Translations under genes and position numbers: made by a program
The notes under the pieces: model-generated
What the model was told of the DNA's origin: nothing
Databases searched by the model: none
The model's input: only the letters and a program-made list of their open reading frames with translations
Shown here: in pieces, positions 47,675 through 57,824 of the stretch
Layout: the number at the start of each line of letters is the position of its first letter
How positions within the stretch are numbered: position 1 is the stretch's first letter
Source: a virus
DNA length: 64,000 nt
Reading direction: 5' to 3' (one strand)
Virus record (IMG/VR): IMGVR_UViG_3300045988_110030
Location: 90,200-154,199 of that record

Positions 47675-48209
47675 GTACAGAATCTACCGTAGAATACTTG
47701 TTTCTGGTTGTAAAAATCACTTCCAGCATCTCCTTGTAATCACCTAAAGCTACTTCGTATCTCGGATCTACTTTGGCTTTCCTTTCGGCCTCGGCATTAC
47801 TTTTAGCCAGCTCTCGGTCAAGAAGATCTTCTTTGATTCGGTCAGCAATCATATCAAGTTCTTTTTTAATAACTTCTCCTGCTGCCCGAAGTTGACCTTC
47901 TACGTCACCAAGCTGGTCTTGAACGGTGCCTATTTCTTTCTTTAGACGATCGTATTCGTTAATCATACCCATATCACCTGCATAGCCAGAAAAGTCCTTG
48001 ATTATTCTGGTTCCTTCTTTAAGGAGCTCAATAACTCGTCTTTTACGTTCTCTGCTTATTAAAGACGGAAGACGATAATTCATATCCGCCACCGCCTTAT
48101 CATGTATGGAGTTGATTAAAAACATCTCTCTTTCATCTCCTTCAAACTCAGTAAGAACCAAAAGGAACTTACTTATCAGGTATTCGTTTTCTTCTACGGT
48201 AAGTCTCAT
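47607..48209 (-). CDS. Hypothetical coiled-coil protein (200 aa).
   Basis: ORF. It overlaps the previous ORF in another frame, so one of the two may be miscalled. Confidence 0.45.
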   Translation of the reverse strand: MRLTVEENEYLISKFLLVLTEFEGDEREMFLINSIHDKAVADMNYRLPSLISRERKRRVIELLKEGTRIIKDFSGYAGDMGMINEYDRLKKEIGTVQDQLGDVEGQLRAAGEVIKKELDMIADRIKEDLLDRELAKSNAEAERKAKVDPRYEVALGDYKEMLEVIFTTRNKYSTVDSVHDDLRQSVSTGRNSIIKEGYNS

Positions 48210-48224
48210 ACGTTTCTTTTTTTT

Positions 48225-49358
48225 TTAATATACTGACTGTTCTTCCTTTACCTCTTGTTCTTGATCTTGATTGTCCGTAACATCTTCCACAGTATAGAGC
48301 TTAGGCGGCGTCGGCGGCTGGTTGGGGTTCACGAACTTCGTCCCGCCCTCCCCGTACATCCATCCATGCCCCGGCAGAATCTCTGGGTGGATTGTGTTAG
48401 TAAGCTCTTCCATACTAACCTGCCTTACTTTCAGTATATGATGAAATACCAGTCCGGCTGTTCTGAATGATGTTTTGTTTTCAGTTTTGAACCTATCAAG
48501 AGTCTGATACCAGTCTTTCCCAAATATCATATACTTATCCAGCCCGTACCTACGAGGATTGTGCAAACCTATCATTAACGTACATAACTGACCCAGCGTA
48601 TCAGACTGATAAAAATCAGAAAGACGCGGAGGCTGCTCTTGTGGGCTTTTTATCCTTCCTTCTATCTCTCTGTTGAATTGGGATATGATGAGGAAAAATA
48701 TGTTTTTATATACTAATTTAGCCTCGTTCATAACCGCCACCAAATCATCTATAGCCGACTTAGGATCTAATCCCATTCTTTTTATTAAAGCAATATGATC
48801 GACTTTAAATATTATAAGACGTTTGTCTTTGTGTTTGTTGGCTATATGATACACAGCCGCCTCAAACTCTTTTACCGTACATGGAGCATCTATGTATATT
48901 ATATTATTTCTGATTTCACCTTGAAGGATTTCAAACATCCTCATCTCTTCTACTGTATTAGAATCTTGCCTTCTTAATATTTCAGGAGCCCGCTTTTTCA
49001 TATCCTGGCTCATTCTACGAAGAAGAAGATCTTGAGGATTCATTTCGAACTCGCAATTAACAAGAAAATAATCTTCTGCTTGCGGGTTGATCATCGGATT
49101 CATCACATTTTCCAATATCTTTTGGGCCACATACGATTTACCTACAGATGGCCGGGCTCCTATGGCAATAGCATGTTGAGGGAAAATACCTCCAAGCAGA
49201 GCCTCATCAATATAATCGTATCCGGTTTTAGCGGGGATAAGCTCTCCCCGCCTGTATTTCAAGATATTCTCATACGCCTCTTCCATGACCTGTTTAGAGG
49301 TCTTGAATATCCTTCTTATATCTATTTTATTTTTCAGATCCTCTTGCATTTTTGTCAC
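48225..49358 (-). CDS. DnaB-like (SF4) replicative DNA helicase, C-terminal RecA-like domain.
   Basis: The motif …TGYDYIDEALLGGIFPQHAIAIGARPSVGKSYVAQKIL… is the typical DnaB-family sequence around the Walker A (H1) region. Length is 377 aa. Confidence 0.75.
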   Translation of the reverse strand: MTKMQEDLKNKIDIRRIFKTSKQVMEEAYENILKYRRGELIPAKTGYDYIDEALLGGIFPQHAIAIGARPSVGKSYVAQKILENVMNPMINPQAEDYFLVNCEFEMNPQDLLLRRMSQDMKKRAPEILRRQDSNTVEEMRMFEILQGEIRNNIIYIDAPCTVKEFEAAVYHIANKHKDKRLIIFKVDHIALIKRMGLDPKSAIDDLVAVMNEAKLVYKNIFFLIISQFNREIEGRIKSPQEQPPRLSDFYQSDTLGQLCTLMIGLHNPRRYGLDKYMIFGKDWYQTLDRFKTENKTSFRTAGLVFHHILKVRQVSMEELTNTIHPEILPGHGWMYGEGGTKFVNPNQPPTPPKLYTVEDVTDNQDQEQEVKEEQSVY

Positions 49359-49650
49359 CTTTTGTATCCGATTTGGATCCCCTATTAGCTTTTACTGATT
49401 TATACCTAAGACCGTTCTTGGTATGAGAACAATCCTTGCCTTTCCTCCAGCCCTTGCCCTTTTTCTTGTCCGTTTCGTAGTTTTTACGACCAAGTTCCCG
49501 GCGTTTTGCTTTCTGTTCCGGTCTGGCATTTATTTCCTTGTCCTTTTTAGCCTTTTTCTTCCTGGCTTCGGGATGAGTCCTGTAGTACTCTGTTGATCTG
49601 CCCATCTTCTTACATTTTTTTTTGATTGATAATAGCACAAAGATAGGCAA
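49327..49650 (-). CDS. Lysine-rich, highly basic small protein. A DNA-binding role is inferred only from composition.
   Basis: KKKAKKDKE…KKKGKGWRKGKD…. The likely start is the internal MGRSTEYY. Confidence 0.35.
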   Translation of the reverse strand: MPIFVLLSIKKKCKKMGRSTEYYRTHPEARKKKAKKDKEINARPEQKAKRRELGRKNYETDKKKGKGWRKGKDCSHTKNGLRYKSVKANRGSKSDTKGDKNARGSEK

Positions 49651-49658
49651 TTCGCGCC

Positions 49659-50225
49659 CTATTTCAACCTGCCGTAGCTCATATCAGGATCACACCAGAC
49701 ATACCCGTCTTTCTCATCATGAAGATACTCAGGACATCCTCTGCATGCGCTACTGCCTGACACTATTTGATTGTTTTTATTAGGGCACTTATCTCCAGGC
49801 TTATGCCATTCTATTCTCGAACCTGATCGCTCTTTGTTTACATGACAGAACTGAAAGACTTTTCCCATCGTCTTCTCGCCAAACATACCTATATGTGTGT
49901 ACTCTTCCGGTATAGCGAGAAATTCAGATAAATCTTTATACATCCTTTCCCGTTCCTCCGGCGTAGACCATAGTCTGTCAAGTTCGGCATGGACTCTTAT
50001 CTTAAGAGATCTCAGTGATGGCCCTGCAAGCCGGCCTTTAGCTTTTCCCTTATTCGGCCCTGATTCATGAACACCGACATAAGCGTTGCATGGTTTGCAC
50101 ATCATAACCATCCCTAAGCCTTTTCTGTTATATACTTTATCGGCATTGATCAACTCGGTTTCTCTTCCGCAATAAGGACAAATTTCGCCTCTTAAAACCC
50201 GTTGTTGGCGCTCATTAAGTTCCAT
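49659..50225 (-). CDS. Hypothetical multi-zinc-ribbon protein (188 aa).
   Basis: CPYCG…CKPC… and C-terminal CRGCPE cysteine pairs. Confidence 0.45.
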   Translation of the reverse strand: MELNERQQRVLRGEICPYCGRETELINADKVYNRKGLGMVMMCKPCNAYVGVHESGPNKGKAKGRLAGPSLRSLKIRVHAELDRLWSTPEERERMYKDLSEFLAIPEEYTHIGMFGEKTMGKVFQFCHVNKERSGSRIEWHKPGDKCPNKNNQIVSGSSACRGCPEYLHDEKDGYVWCDPDMSYGRLK

Positions 50226-50467
50226 ACCCTATTCTTTTGTTTTTCTTTAAACTTTTCATACAAACTGCTCTCAGTTTCCATTTCCGAAATCTCTACCTCT
50301 ACGTCCTCTCTTTTGAAAATTACTTTCTTGGCTGTCGGATACGCACATTTAGAGATACGAATAGCATTACGAATAGCGTAAACAAAATACGTTTCTGGTG
50401 ATGATTCGATCACCACTACCTCATTTAAAGTGTTTTTATAATTTTCCATATTATCTACTTGCTTCAA
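50192..50467 (-). CDS. Hypothetical protein (91 aa).
   Basis: ORF. Confidence 0.35.
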   Translation of the reverse strand: MKQVDNMENYKNTLNEVVVIESSPETYFVYAIRNAIRISKCAYPTAKKVIFKREDVEVEISEMETESSLYEKFKEKQKNRVWNLMSANNGF

Positions 50468-50804
50468 TTATATAACCCGGATGATCTTCACACGCCTCTT
50501 TATATTCGATAAGAAACTTAAGAAATGAATCATAAGACCCCCATCCGTTTTTCGGCTCGTATCTCAAAAGACTTTTTCTCTTGGAGACCATAATACATAT
50601 ACCTTTTGTAAGTACATTCTTCATCTCATTGGTATATATTTCTCTATACAATTCTTCTGGTCTCCAAACATAATCGTATAGTGTTTCTTTATTTTCTGAT
50701 ACGAATATTTTTTGTGCCATCTTGTTCATGTTGTGGGTGATGTTTGCAACCCATTTACGATCCTCTTCTTTCTTCTTGCTCTTAATATAAACGTCCAGGC
50801 TCAT
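50451..50804 (-). CDS. Hypothetical protein (117 aa).
   Basis: ORF. Confidence 0.4.
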   Translation of the reverse strand: MSLDVYIKSKKKEEDRKWVANITHNMNKMAQKIFVSENKETLYDYVWRPEELYREIYTNEMKNVLTKGICIMVSKRKSLLRYEPKNGWGSYDSFLKFLIEYKEACEDHPGYIIEASR

Positions 50805-51795
50805 AATATTTCTCTTTTACTTTGTTATTAATTATCAAATCTGCCACGTCATCTCCGTCCCCTACATTCTCAACACTCTGAAGATAGTCCGATACTTTTA
50901 TCCTTGACTTCATCATCATCCCATCTATCTTTTTACTCCATGTGTCAAATGCTTGTCCTTTGTCCGGAAAAACTACAGTCTTTCTATCTTTTAAAACATC
51001 TATCACTTCCGGTCTTAAGTTCTGCAACCCACCGGTAGCGACAAATAACTCATCTGGTTTATTCACGGCGCATATAATAGCCGTCTTTTCTGACTCCACC
51101 AAATTAACTACCTTATCCGGATACTGGCTTAGAAGATGTTCTCCAAACAGGCATTGTCTAAACAAGAAGTCTCTTGCATGCAACGAGTGATAAAACATAA
51201 CATGAGGCCGCTCATTGTCACCGTCTTTTTCCTTCACTCTTTTCACATCAATCTCATTCCCCTGGCTGTCGGTCTTTATGTAAAAATCCATAATCTTGCC
51301 GGTTCTACATACAAAGTCCTTATCTATCTGCCAGAATATACAACACCCTTTCCATCCCCATAAGTCCATTGTTCCGACATGATACCTTCTGAACACATCA
51401 GATACCCTTTCTTTTCCCCATAGAGACGATAAAAACCTAAATACGGTGTTTCTATCGTCCGGAACCACAGTCCTCTCAAACTCGCTAAAAGGTATGTAAT
51501 TTACAACGTCAGGATTTACAGGAGGGCGATAAGCCCTTATGCACTTATTTCCCGAAATCCAAAGATCTTTGTCACCTACATCCTTACCAGTAGGTCGTTT
51601 ATCGTAACCGCAAGTCCGTTCATGATCGCATCTTCCGAACTCGTTGCCAACAACCTGACCTGTTGCCACATCAATATAAGGAGTGAGGCACCGGCTTTTC
51701 CCGCAAGCCGGGCAGGTCAGCTTCAGTCGACTCCTGCCGGGTCTGCGGTCAAGTTGAAACCTGGGTACGTTTTCGTATCTTCTAAAATCAAGCAT
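50782..51795 (-). CDS. DNA primase-like protein with an N-terminal zinc-ribbon and a TOPRIM-like core.
   Basis: The N-terminus is CPACGKSRC…C. Acidic TOPRIM-like motifs appear further in (…LVESEKTAIICAV…FPDKGQ…GDGDDVADL). Encoded adjacent to the DnaB-like helicase. Confidence 0.55.
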   Translation of the reverse strand: MLDFRRYENVPRFQLDRRPGRSRLKLTCPACGKSRCLTPYIDVATGQVVGNEFGRCDHERTCGYDKRPTGKDVGDKDLWISGNKCIRAYRPPVNPDVVNYIPFSEFERTVVPDDRNTVFRFLSSLWGKERVSDVFRRYHVGTMDLWGWKGCCIFWQIDKDFVCRTGKIMDFYIKTDSQGNEIDVKRVKEKDGDNERPHVMFYHSLHARDFLFRQCLFGEHLLSQYPDKVVNLVESEKTAIICAVNKPDELFVATGGLQNLRPEVIDVLKDRKTVVFPDKGQAFDTWSKKIDGMMMKSRIKVSDYLQSVENVGDGDDVADLIINNKVKEKYYEPGRLY

Positions 51796-51804
51796 AATGC
51801 TTAT

Positions 51805-53121
51805 TTATATTACAAATCTTTTAGACATTTCCTCAGCAATATCATATACGACAATATGATCCTCTTCATTGTAAGGCTTATTGATATTCAGCACTCCCTT
51901 TCTCACTTTGAACCTCTTGTCTTTTCTGATATGATTCAACATCCCTTGTTGGAATACACAGTCTGCCTTCTCCATAGCAGCATTTTTATCAGACCATTCT
52001 TTTAGCGTATAACCTTTACTGTTCGTGCTTTTTGGAGAAAAATTCATAATACGTGCATCAATTCCGTACCAGTTTTTAACCATTCTCCTTTCAGCCTCCA
52101 ATTGAAAAGCATGTTCATTTCGTATGTCACCTGATTTAAAATCTAAGATAACAATCTCTTCTTTCTCCACTTCTCTCACTTCCTTCTTCGGATCTCCTTT
52201 TTTGAACTGCCCCGTAGCCCTTTGATACACGGCTCCAAAATAACCTTCTTCTTTGTATTTGAATGTCATTTTAACCATCGCATCTATCGGCGTAGCTACC
52301 AAATAATCTTCTAATGACAATATTCTTTCAATCATCATCGGCTTAACCTTATACTCCGAACAAAACTTAGCAAACTTCATAACTCTGACAATCATATCGT
52401 CAAGATCATCTATGCTACCAAAGAATTTGTCAAGATTCTTTTTTGATATTTTAAGCTTGCCTTCTTGCACTGTCTTAACTATAAAACTTCGATTTAAGAC
52501 CATATCTCTACCCGTCAAGTACAATCCGTATAGGTAGTGCATGATCGTTCCTTTATCTGCATCATATTCTGATACTTCTTCCGGATTGCGACCAATCATC
52601 CTCATCTCCTGTCTCCATTCTTGAAGAGCCGTCTTGTCATCTACGAATCCGTCTCTAATCATGGTTGTTACCGAGGCGTATATCTTGGCTGTCCCATCGT
52701 CCATCTTTCTTACATAAAAACGATTACCGTCTAATGTCAATCTTACGAATTTGGGAGTCTCGATCTTCTTTAACTCATCACAGATATAAAACGGCTCTAA
52801 CGTTTCCTGATTTTCTGTAAACAGATTCGAATCCTCTTCTCCAGGGTTAGGAGCGGCTTCCTCCGCCGGAGCTTTCGGTTCCTCCTTCTGGGCCTGCTCT
52901 GGCTCAGGCGCCGGCTCTTCAATTACTGGAACCTGTCCGCCTCTTTCTGCTATGTCTCTGTTCTTTATTAAAGACATAACCTCCTTCTTCAACTGCTCTG
53001 GTGTTTGGTTAGGATCTGACACCGACATCACAACATCGTTCATTCTAAACAACGTATTTCCTTCTCCTTCCACCATAGGGACAAATCCTAAATCTGTCAA
53101 TATTTTTATTTTCTCTTTCAT
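51805..53121 (-). CDS. Second PD-(D/E)XK-family nuclease-like protein (438 aa) with a Pro/Glu-rich linker.
   Basis: C-terminal …EEIVILDFKSGDIRNEHAFQLEAERR… carries a DxK motif similar to the IDWKSG of the 42653-43672 protein. The linker reads EEPAPEPEQAQKEEPKAPAEEAAPNPGEE. Confidence 0.45.
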   Translation of the reverse strand: MKEKIKILTDLGFVPMVEGEGNTLFRMNDVVMSVSDPNQTPEQLKKEVMSLIKNRDIAERGGQVPVIEEPAPEPEQAQKEEPKAPAEEAAPNPGEEDSNLFTENQETLEPFYICDELKKIETPKFVRLTLDGNRFYVRKMDDGTAKIYASVTTMIRDGFVDDKTALQEWRQEMRMIGRNPEEVSEYDADKGTIMHYLYGLYLTGRDMVLNRSFIVKTVQEGKLKISKKNLDKFFGSIDDLDDMIVRVMKFAKFCSEYKVKPMMIERILSLEDYLVATPIDAMVKMTFKYKEEGYFGAVYQRATGQFKKGDPKKEVREVEKEEIVILDFKSGDIRNEHAFQLEAERRMVKNWYGIDARIMNFSPKSTNSKGYTLKEWSDKNAAMEKADCVFQQGMLNHIRKDKRFKVRKGVLNINKPYNEEDHIVVYDIAEEMSKRFVI

Positions 53122-53303
53122 GATCTTCCTCTAATCAATTCTTCTTTAATACAATGTAACACTGTTTCCACTTCATCTTTATCTCTATCTTTCACTGCGA
53201 TAGCTATATCCTTACCATAACTCTCTCTCTGTATGTGAGCATAAAAGATAGTTTCATCGTCAGCTTCTATTCTTATTTTATAAAGTTTTCTCATATCTGT
53301 CAA
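53118..53303 (-). CDS. Small hypothetical protein (61 aa).
   Basis: ORF. Confidence 0.3.
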   Translation of the reverse strand: MTDMRKLYKIRIEADDETIFYAHIQRESYGKDIAIAVKDRDKDEVETVLHCIKEELIRGRS

Positions 53304-53802
53304 TTATTTCAATAATTAATCTACCTCTTTCTTTAATCATTCCCCTGCTTTCCATATCCAGCACCTTCTTTACCGCATACTTCCACACGAAAGGAAATTC
53401 TGTTTCAAGTTTATCAAATTCCATCCGGTCAAGATACATGTCGAATACCGTATGCTCTGATTCATGAAGGAAAACTATATTATCCCTGCAAGTAGCAACC
53501 GACTTATATATCCTTTTCGGAAGTATGTGACATACGTTACATACTGTAGGAAAATGAATAGCCTTACCAGTCATAGACATTCGAATAGTACTCAACTCCT
53601 CCAACATAAGACGAAAAAACCCGGATAAATCCGGGTTCTCTAACTTTTTCTTCTTGCTGCTGTTTTTAATGGATGTAATTCTGTCTTTTTTCTTCGGAGT
53701 CAACTCTTTGCTCCTACAAGCCTGGCATAAGCCATGACTTCTTATCATCACTTTTCGTCCGCATCGTTCGCAGACGTATAGCTTCTTTTCCTTGCTTTCC
53801 AT
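53278..53802 (-). CDS. Hypothetical zinc-ribbon protein (174 aa).
   Basis: CERCGRKV…CQAC; later CNVCH. Confidence 0.4.
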   Translation of the reverse strand: MESKEKKLYVCERCGRKVMIRSHGLCQACRSKELTPKKKDRITSIKNSSKKKKLENPDLSGFFRLMLEELSTIRMSMTGKAIHFPTVCNVCHILPKRIYKSVATCRDNIVFLHESEHTVFDMYLDRMEFDKLETEFPFVWKYAVKKVLDMESRGMIKERGRLIIEIIDRYEKTL

Positions 53803-53987
53803 TCGAATAATAATGATATTATTGAAAAGAATAATCCCGCTGAAGCCAGTAGATAAGGTACGTTCATTAATAATTTAGATACCTCGTCTGTCTTAATCAC
53901 TATCAGAAGGAAAGCGCCTGCTGAAAGCAATGATATTATCGCCACAACAAGCGCTATGTTGGAAACTACATCAGCCTTACTCTTCAC
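53748..53987 (-). CDS. Small two-TM membrane protein (79 aa). It is a possible holin-like protein, inferred from topology only.
   Basis: Two hydrophobic helices with a charged C-terminus. Confidence 0.35.
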   Translation of the reverse strand: MKSKADVVSNIALVVAIISLLSAGAFLLIVIKTDEVSKLLMNVPYLLASAGLFFSIISLLFEWKARKRSYTSANDADEK

Positions 53988-54447
53988 TCTTCTTCTCGCC
54001 TAATTTTTCAGCTCCCTTCTGAAGATCGTATTTGAATACGTCAATGATCTTCGTTTCAGCAATAGCTTCGCAATTCCAGTCGCCCAACGTACCCTGCATG
54101 CCTTTAGTCAACACAGCTTCGGCATCCTTGGGATTGCCGGCCTGGACATACATATAGCATGGTGTTTTCTTTTCTTTACCTTTCTTTTCATCCAGTGTAA
54201 TGTAATTCACCTTACACTTATACCAGTACTCAGCCTCTCCGTTGAAGAAGATTTCCGACACTTTAATAGGATTAATTTTTACAACCTCGAAAGAATTGTA
54301 CAAATCCTTGAAGATCTCCAACGATCTTGATTCTGCCTCTGTGTAAGACAAGGCATCCACTAAATACTTTTCAGTTACCTTCTTTTTTTTGCCGTTCTCG
54401 ATATTGTCAATCTCGGCTTTTACCGTAATTTCAAACCAGCGATTCAT
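53977..54447 (-). CDS. Hypothetical protein (156 aa).
   Basis: ORF. Confidence 0.45.
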   Translation of the reverse strand: MNRWFEITVKAEIDNIENGKKKKVTEKYLVDALSYTEAESRSLEIFKDLYNSFEVVKINPIKVSEIFFNGEAEYWYKCKVNYITLDEKKGKEKKTPCYMYVQAGNPKDAEAVLTKGMQGTLGDWNCEAIAETKIIDVFKYDLQKGAEKLGEKKSEE

Positions 54448-54458
54448 GTTATTAATAT

Positions 54459-54710
54459 TTAATTAGTTGACTTCTTTTTATCTATATTATTTTTAAGTCT
54501 GGCAGAGCACCACTGCAAAACATCCATCATCATCATCTCATTATTAGATAAGATGCCTTTTATAACTAAGGCCAATTGATGCTGTGACATTCGTTGGCTC
54601 ATATCAAACCTTCTTTCCTCTTCATTTACTATCGTAGCCACGAAATACTTACACCCCTCCAAATGCGTCAGGGCTTCAGTCATAGCTTCTTTTATTTCCT
54701 TTTCTTCCAT
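54459..54710 (-). CDS. Hypothetical protein (83 aa).
   Basis: ORF. Confidence 0.35.
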   Translation of the reverse strand: MEEKEIKEAMTEALTHLEGCKYFVATIVNEEERRFDMSQRMSQHQLALVIKGILSNNEMMMMDVLQWCSARLKNNIDKKKSTN

Positions 54711-54788
54711 CTTGTTTGTTTTTTGGACAAAGATATATCTTTTAATAATAAAAAAGATTTTAAATAACTTAATTTAGCTTATTTTTTT

Positions 54789-55454
54789 TTACTCTTCTGG
54801 CTCAACTGGTATGGACATGTTGAACTTTTTCCTGATAAATACCTCTGTTTCTTCATTGAATGGATAGGCCTCCTTAATGAAATTCATAGCCACCTCCATG
54901 TCGCCATCTGCTATATCCTTATACCTCTCAAAGATGCCAACCATGTCGTTGTTATATGAACGCTCTTGTTTTATATTGTACACGTATTTCAATACCCTAT
55001 CTTTGATTTCATTGGCTTTTTTCACGGTGTCATTGAAGGTATTTATACTTGTCAATTCAGGGTTTTTATTTTTCTCATCTATCTTATCAAACTCTTTCTC
55101 GCTATATCCTGTTTCTCCTTTAACAGCCGGGCAAACACCCTCCTTTATGATCCAAAACCGTTCATACGATCCTGTTAGATACTTTGATTCTGTTTTAAAT
55201 GCATTATACTTGACAAGCAAATTAGCCACCTCAGTTGCACCTTCTATGGTTCTAAAACCGATGCCGATATCTTTTAACATAAATACTGGAACTCCCGTTC
55301 TTGGATACGCGACTTCTTTTTCGTCCTTTATATTCCAGTTTTTAGCTTCAATTGGAATACCTTTATTAGCAAGCTCTTTGTCTATATACAGACTTATGTC
55401 TTCGTCTGTCAATGCCGTAATCTCATCTCTGCTTAAATCAAAAATTGTTTTCAT
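54789..55454 (-). CDS. Hypothetical protein (221 aa).
   Basis: ORF. Confidence 0.5.
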   Translation of the reverse strand: MKTIFDLSRDEITALTDEDISLYIDKELANKGIPIEAKNWNIKDEKEVAYPRTGVPVFMLKDIGIGFRTIEGATEVANLLVKYNAFKTESKYLTGSYERFWIIKEGVCPAVKGETGYSEKEFDKIDEKNKNPELTSINTFNDTVKKANEIKDRVLKYVYNIKQERSYNNDMVGIFERYKDIADGDMEVAMNFIKEAYPFNEETEVFIRKKFNMSIPVEPEE

Positions 55455-55654
55455 TTTTCTTTATTTATTAAATTAAACAACTTACTTCTTTGTTCAGGCT
55501 CCGTATATTCCACCCATATATCGGCCGCCACATTTCTAAGAAATTCCATAAAGTCTTGATGATCCCTGTATTCAGTAGAATCGACTTTTCTCACAAAACT
55601 TAGAATTTCCTTTAACATCTTATTGTTTTCTTCAAGAAGTTCTCTGTCAGTCAT
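55451..55654 (-). CDS. Hypothetical protein (67 aa).
   Basis: ORF. Confidence 0.3.
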   Translation of the reverse strand: MTDRELLEENNKMLKEILSFVRKVDSTEYRDHQDFMEFLRNVAADIWVEYTEPEQRSKLFNLINKEK

Positions 55655-55673
55655 AACCTTTCAAATTTTCTTC

Positions 55674-55910
55674 TTAAGGTGTTGACGCTTCACAGCTCCG
55701 ACTACCGCCGACAACTCCACGTCCCCTTCCATTGTTACCCGAAAGATCTTCTTCTGTTAAAGAAAAAGACATAGTTAACGTAGGAGTATCCTTAAAATAC
55801 CAATCACATAATTCTTTTAACTCTTTACGTTCATCCTCGTTTTTACATTTATGGATGGTAAGGTAATTCATTCTTTCCTCTTTTTCTTTGTCTGTTAAAT
55901 CTTTTTTCAT
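55674..55910 (-). CDS. Hypothetical protein (78 aa).
   Basis: ORF. Confidence 0.3.
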   Translation of the reverse strand: MKKDLTDKEKEERMNYLTIHKCKNEDERKELKELCDWYFKDTPTLTMSFSLTEEDLSGNNGRGRGVVGGSRSCEASTP

Positions 55911-55937
55911 AACTCTAACTTTTAAAAATGAATATTA

Positions 55938-56201
55938 TTACCAATCTCCGCCATCATTTGGTATTCCATCAATGATGGTTATACTATTTTCAATGTTACT
56001 GCCTCCATATTGCGTAAATTCCGGTGTGGGATTATAGTTTGTATCTCCATGCATCATTACATGTAATGTTCCGCTTGCTGAATATATCCATAATCGTTTC
56101 CCATCTTTCTTCCATTTTTTGGCAAGCCTCTTAAATGAATCAATTAGCTTGCATTCTTCTTCCGTGCATTCTATTCCGGCTTCTGTTCTGTATTTGCTCA
56201 T
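55938..56201 (-). CDS. Hypothetical protein (87 aa).
   Basis: ORF. Confidence 0.35.
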   Translation of the reverse strand: MSKYRTEAGIECTEEECKLIDSFKRLAKKWKKDGKRLWIYSASGTLHVMMHGDTNYNPTPEFTQYGGSNIENSITIIDGIPNDGGDW

Positions 56202-56242
56202 ATCTCTTTATATTATTTTAGGTATATAATTACCTTACTAAT

Positions 56243-56626
56243 TCATTCTACGTCAAAAAGTTGATCTAGCACCAACAATTCCGCATCCATATCTTCATCT
56301 TTCGGAAAACGAACTTTTATATTTCCGAACTTAGATGTTTTGAATAAGATGTAGGGGTTCATGTCTTCGGCAGTCACCGGCTTATATTCCTTAACTTCCG
56401 ACATCTTGAGATACCAGTCACCTATTTTTACAAACCCAGAAAAGATAGAACACAGATGCGCTTTTACAGACTGTATCTCCTTTTTATCTTTGAAAGGTAT
56501 AATTTCGTCCTTTCCCCTTATCCTGATTGACAGAAAAGGACGAATGTTATCTGTTTCATTTTGAAATTTGAAGCCTGTTATAGCTTGTTTGGGAATCCTT
56601 CTCCCCATTAATATGAAATAAGCCAT
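56243..56626 (-). CDS. Hypothetical protein (127 aa).
   Basis: ORF. Confidence 0.4.
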   Translation of the reverse strand: MAYFILMGRRIPKQAITGFKFQNETDNIRPFLSIRIRGKDEIIPFKDKKEIQSVKAHLCSIFSGFVKIGDWYLKMSEVKEYKPVTAEDMNPYILFKTSKFGNIKVRFPKDEDMDAELLVLDQLFDVE

Positions 56627-56649
56627 TGCGATAAGTGATTTTATTTATG

Positions 56650-57000
56650 TTATATTGATTTCTTTCCAATCTTCTTAATCTTTGTTGGTCTTGACAATCG
56701 ATAATCCTTTTCTATCGGTCTATCAAATACGTCATTCCTGTATCCTTTATATCCTTTCTCGTAAACACTAACCCTTGCGCAGAACTCAACCACATCGCCT
56801 GGTGACAAATCGGCGCTTTTGAATCCTTTTGTCAAATCAAACCACAAATGGTCTGTTACCACTTTACCATTGAGTAACACGTCTTGCAAAAGTATTGTCT
56901 CTACGGATCCTTTATACCCATCCCTAAATCCAAAACGAATGAATATCGCTGTGAATATGTGTCGATCTTTTGATCCTATCATTTTCAGTTCTTTTCTCAT
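56650..57000 (-). CDS. Hypothetical protein (116 aa), downstream partner of the ABC ATPase.
   Basis: ORF. Confidence 0.4.
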   Translation of the reverse strand: MRKELKMIGSKDRHIFTAIFIRFGFRDGYKGSVETILLQDVLLNGKVVTDHLWFDLTKGFKSADLSPGDVVEFCARVSVYEKGYKGYRNDVFDRPIEKDYRLSRPTKIKKIGKKSI

Positions 57001-57006
57001 GATCTT

Positions 57007-57813
57007 TCATTTATTTGTTTCGTTTATAAAATTGGTAATATCCTTTAGATACCCTTCTGTCATCTCTATGAAATTCACACAATCTAATTTACTTAATTTG
57101 TAAATCAATGCCGGATTGTGTATTATGGCTATAATTTGTGTTTGTGGTTTATGGAATGACAATACATTATAAATTTGCATTATGTTGTCAATGTCAAGAT
57201 TCCTATCTGGCTCATCCATGAGAACCGTGTATTCAAAACTGCTTTCTGTTAATGTTATGCGGTTTCTTTCATAATACTTCAACAGGTTATCAATTCTTTT
57301 AATCCAAAACGCATTTGATTTTTTCTTGTATTCTACAAGATCTTGTATTGGAAATGTATAATCCTTTTGACCGAACATTAAATTGAAAAGTGATTCCAAT
57401 GATAACACCACTTTCTCTCCATAAGATCTTCGAATATTATTCACATACAAATCTAAGTTGCTGATGTTTTTCAATACGCTATCTCGATTCATCTCCGCCG
57501 ATGGCAATAAACGGAATACTTTCCCTGCATAATCGGATGATATGTCAATCCCATCAAGAACCTTGTCATCATCATCAAATATAGGTGGAAAATCCAGTGC
57601 CTCGATCGGTATTTCAGAGCACATGGATTTCTCGCATAACGCATACATTGATATGATGTTAAGTAAAGTTGATTTTCCACTACCGTTTTTCCCTATAATC
57701 ACATTCACTCCTGGCTTGAAAATAAATTCTCTGCCATTTTCAAACGCCTCTATGTCAAAAACATATTCAAATGGAGTTTTTGTGTTGTCTTTTATTTTTA
57801 CTGATGTTATCAT
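57007..57813 (-). CDS. Small ABC-type (RecF/SMC-like) ATPase (268 aa).
   Basis: Walker A is PGVNVIIGKNGSGKSTLLN. A Walker B/D-loop-like motif is VLMDEPDRNLD. A conserved His (AIIHNPALI) may be the H-loop. Confidence 0.65.
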   Translation of the reverse strand: MITSVKIKDNTKTPFEYVFDIEAFENGREFIFKPGVNVIIGKNGSGKSTLLNIISMYALCEKSMCSEIPIEALDFPPIFDDDDKVLDGIDISSDYAGKVFRLLPSAEMNRDSVLKNISNLDLYVNNIRRSYGEKVVLSLESLFNLMFGQKDYTFPIQDLVEYKKKSNAFWIKRIDNLLKYYERNRITLTESSFEYTVLMDEPDRNLDIDNIMQIYNVLSFHKPQTQIIAIIHNPALIYKLSKLDCVNFIEMTEGYLKDITNFINETNK

Positions 57814-57824
57814 TGTAATCCTTT

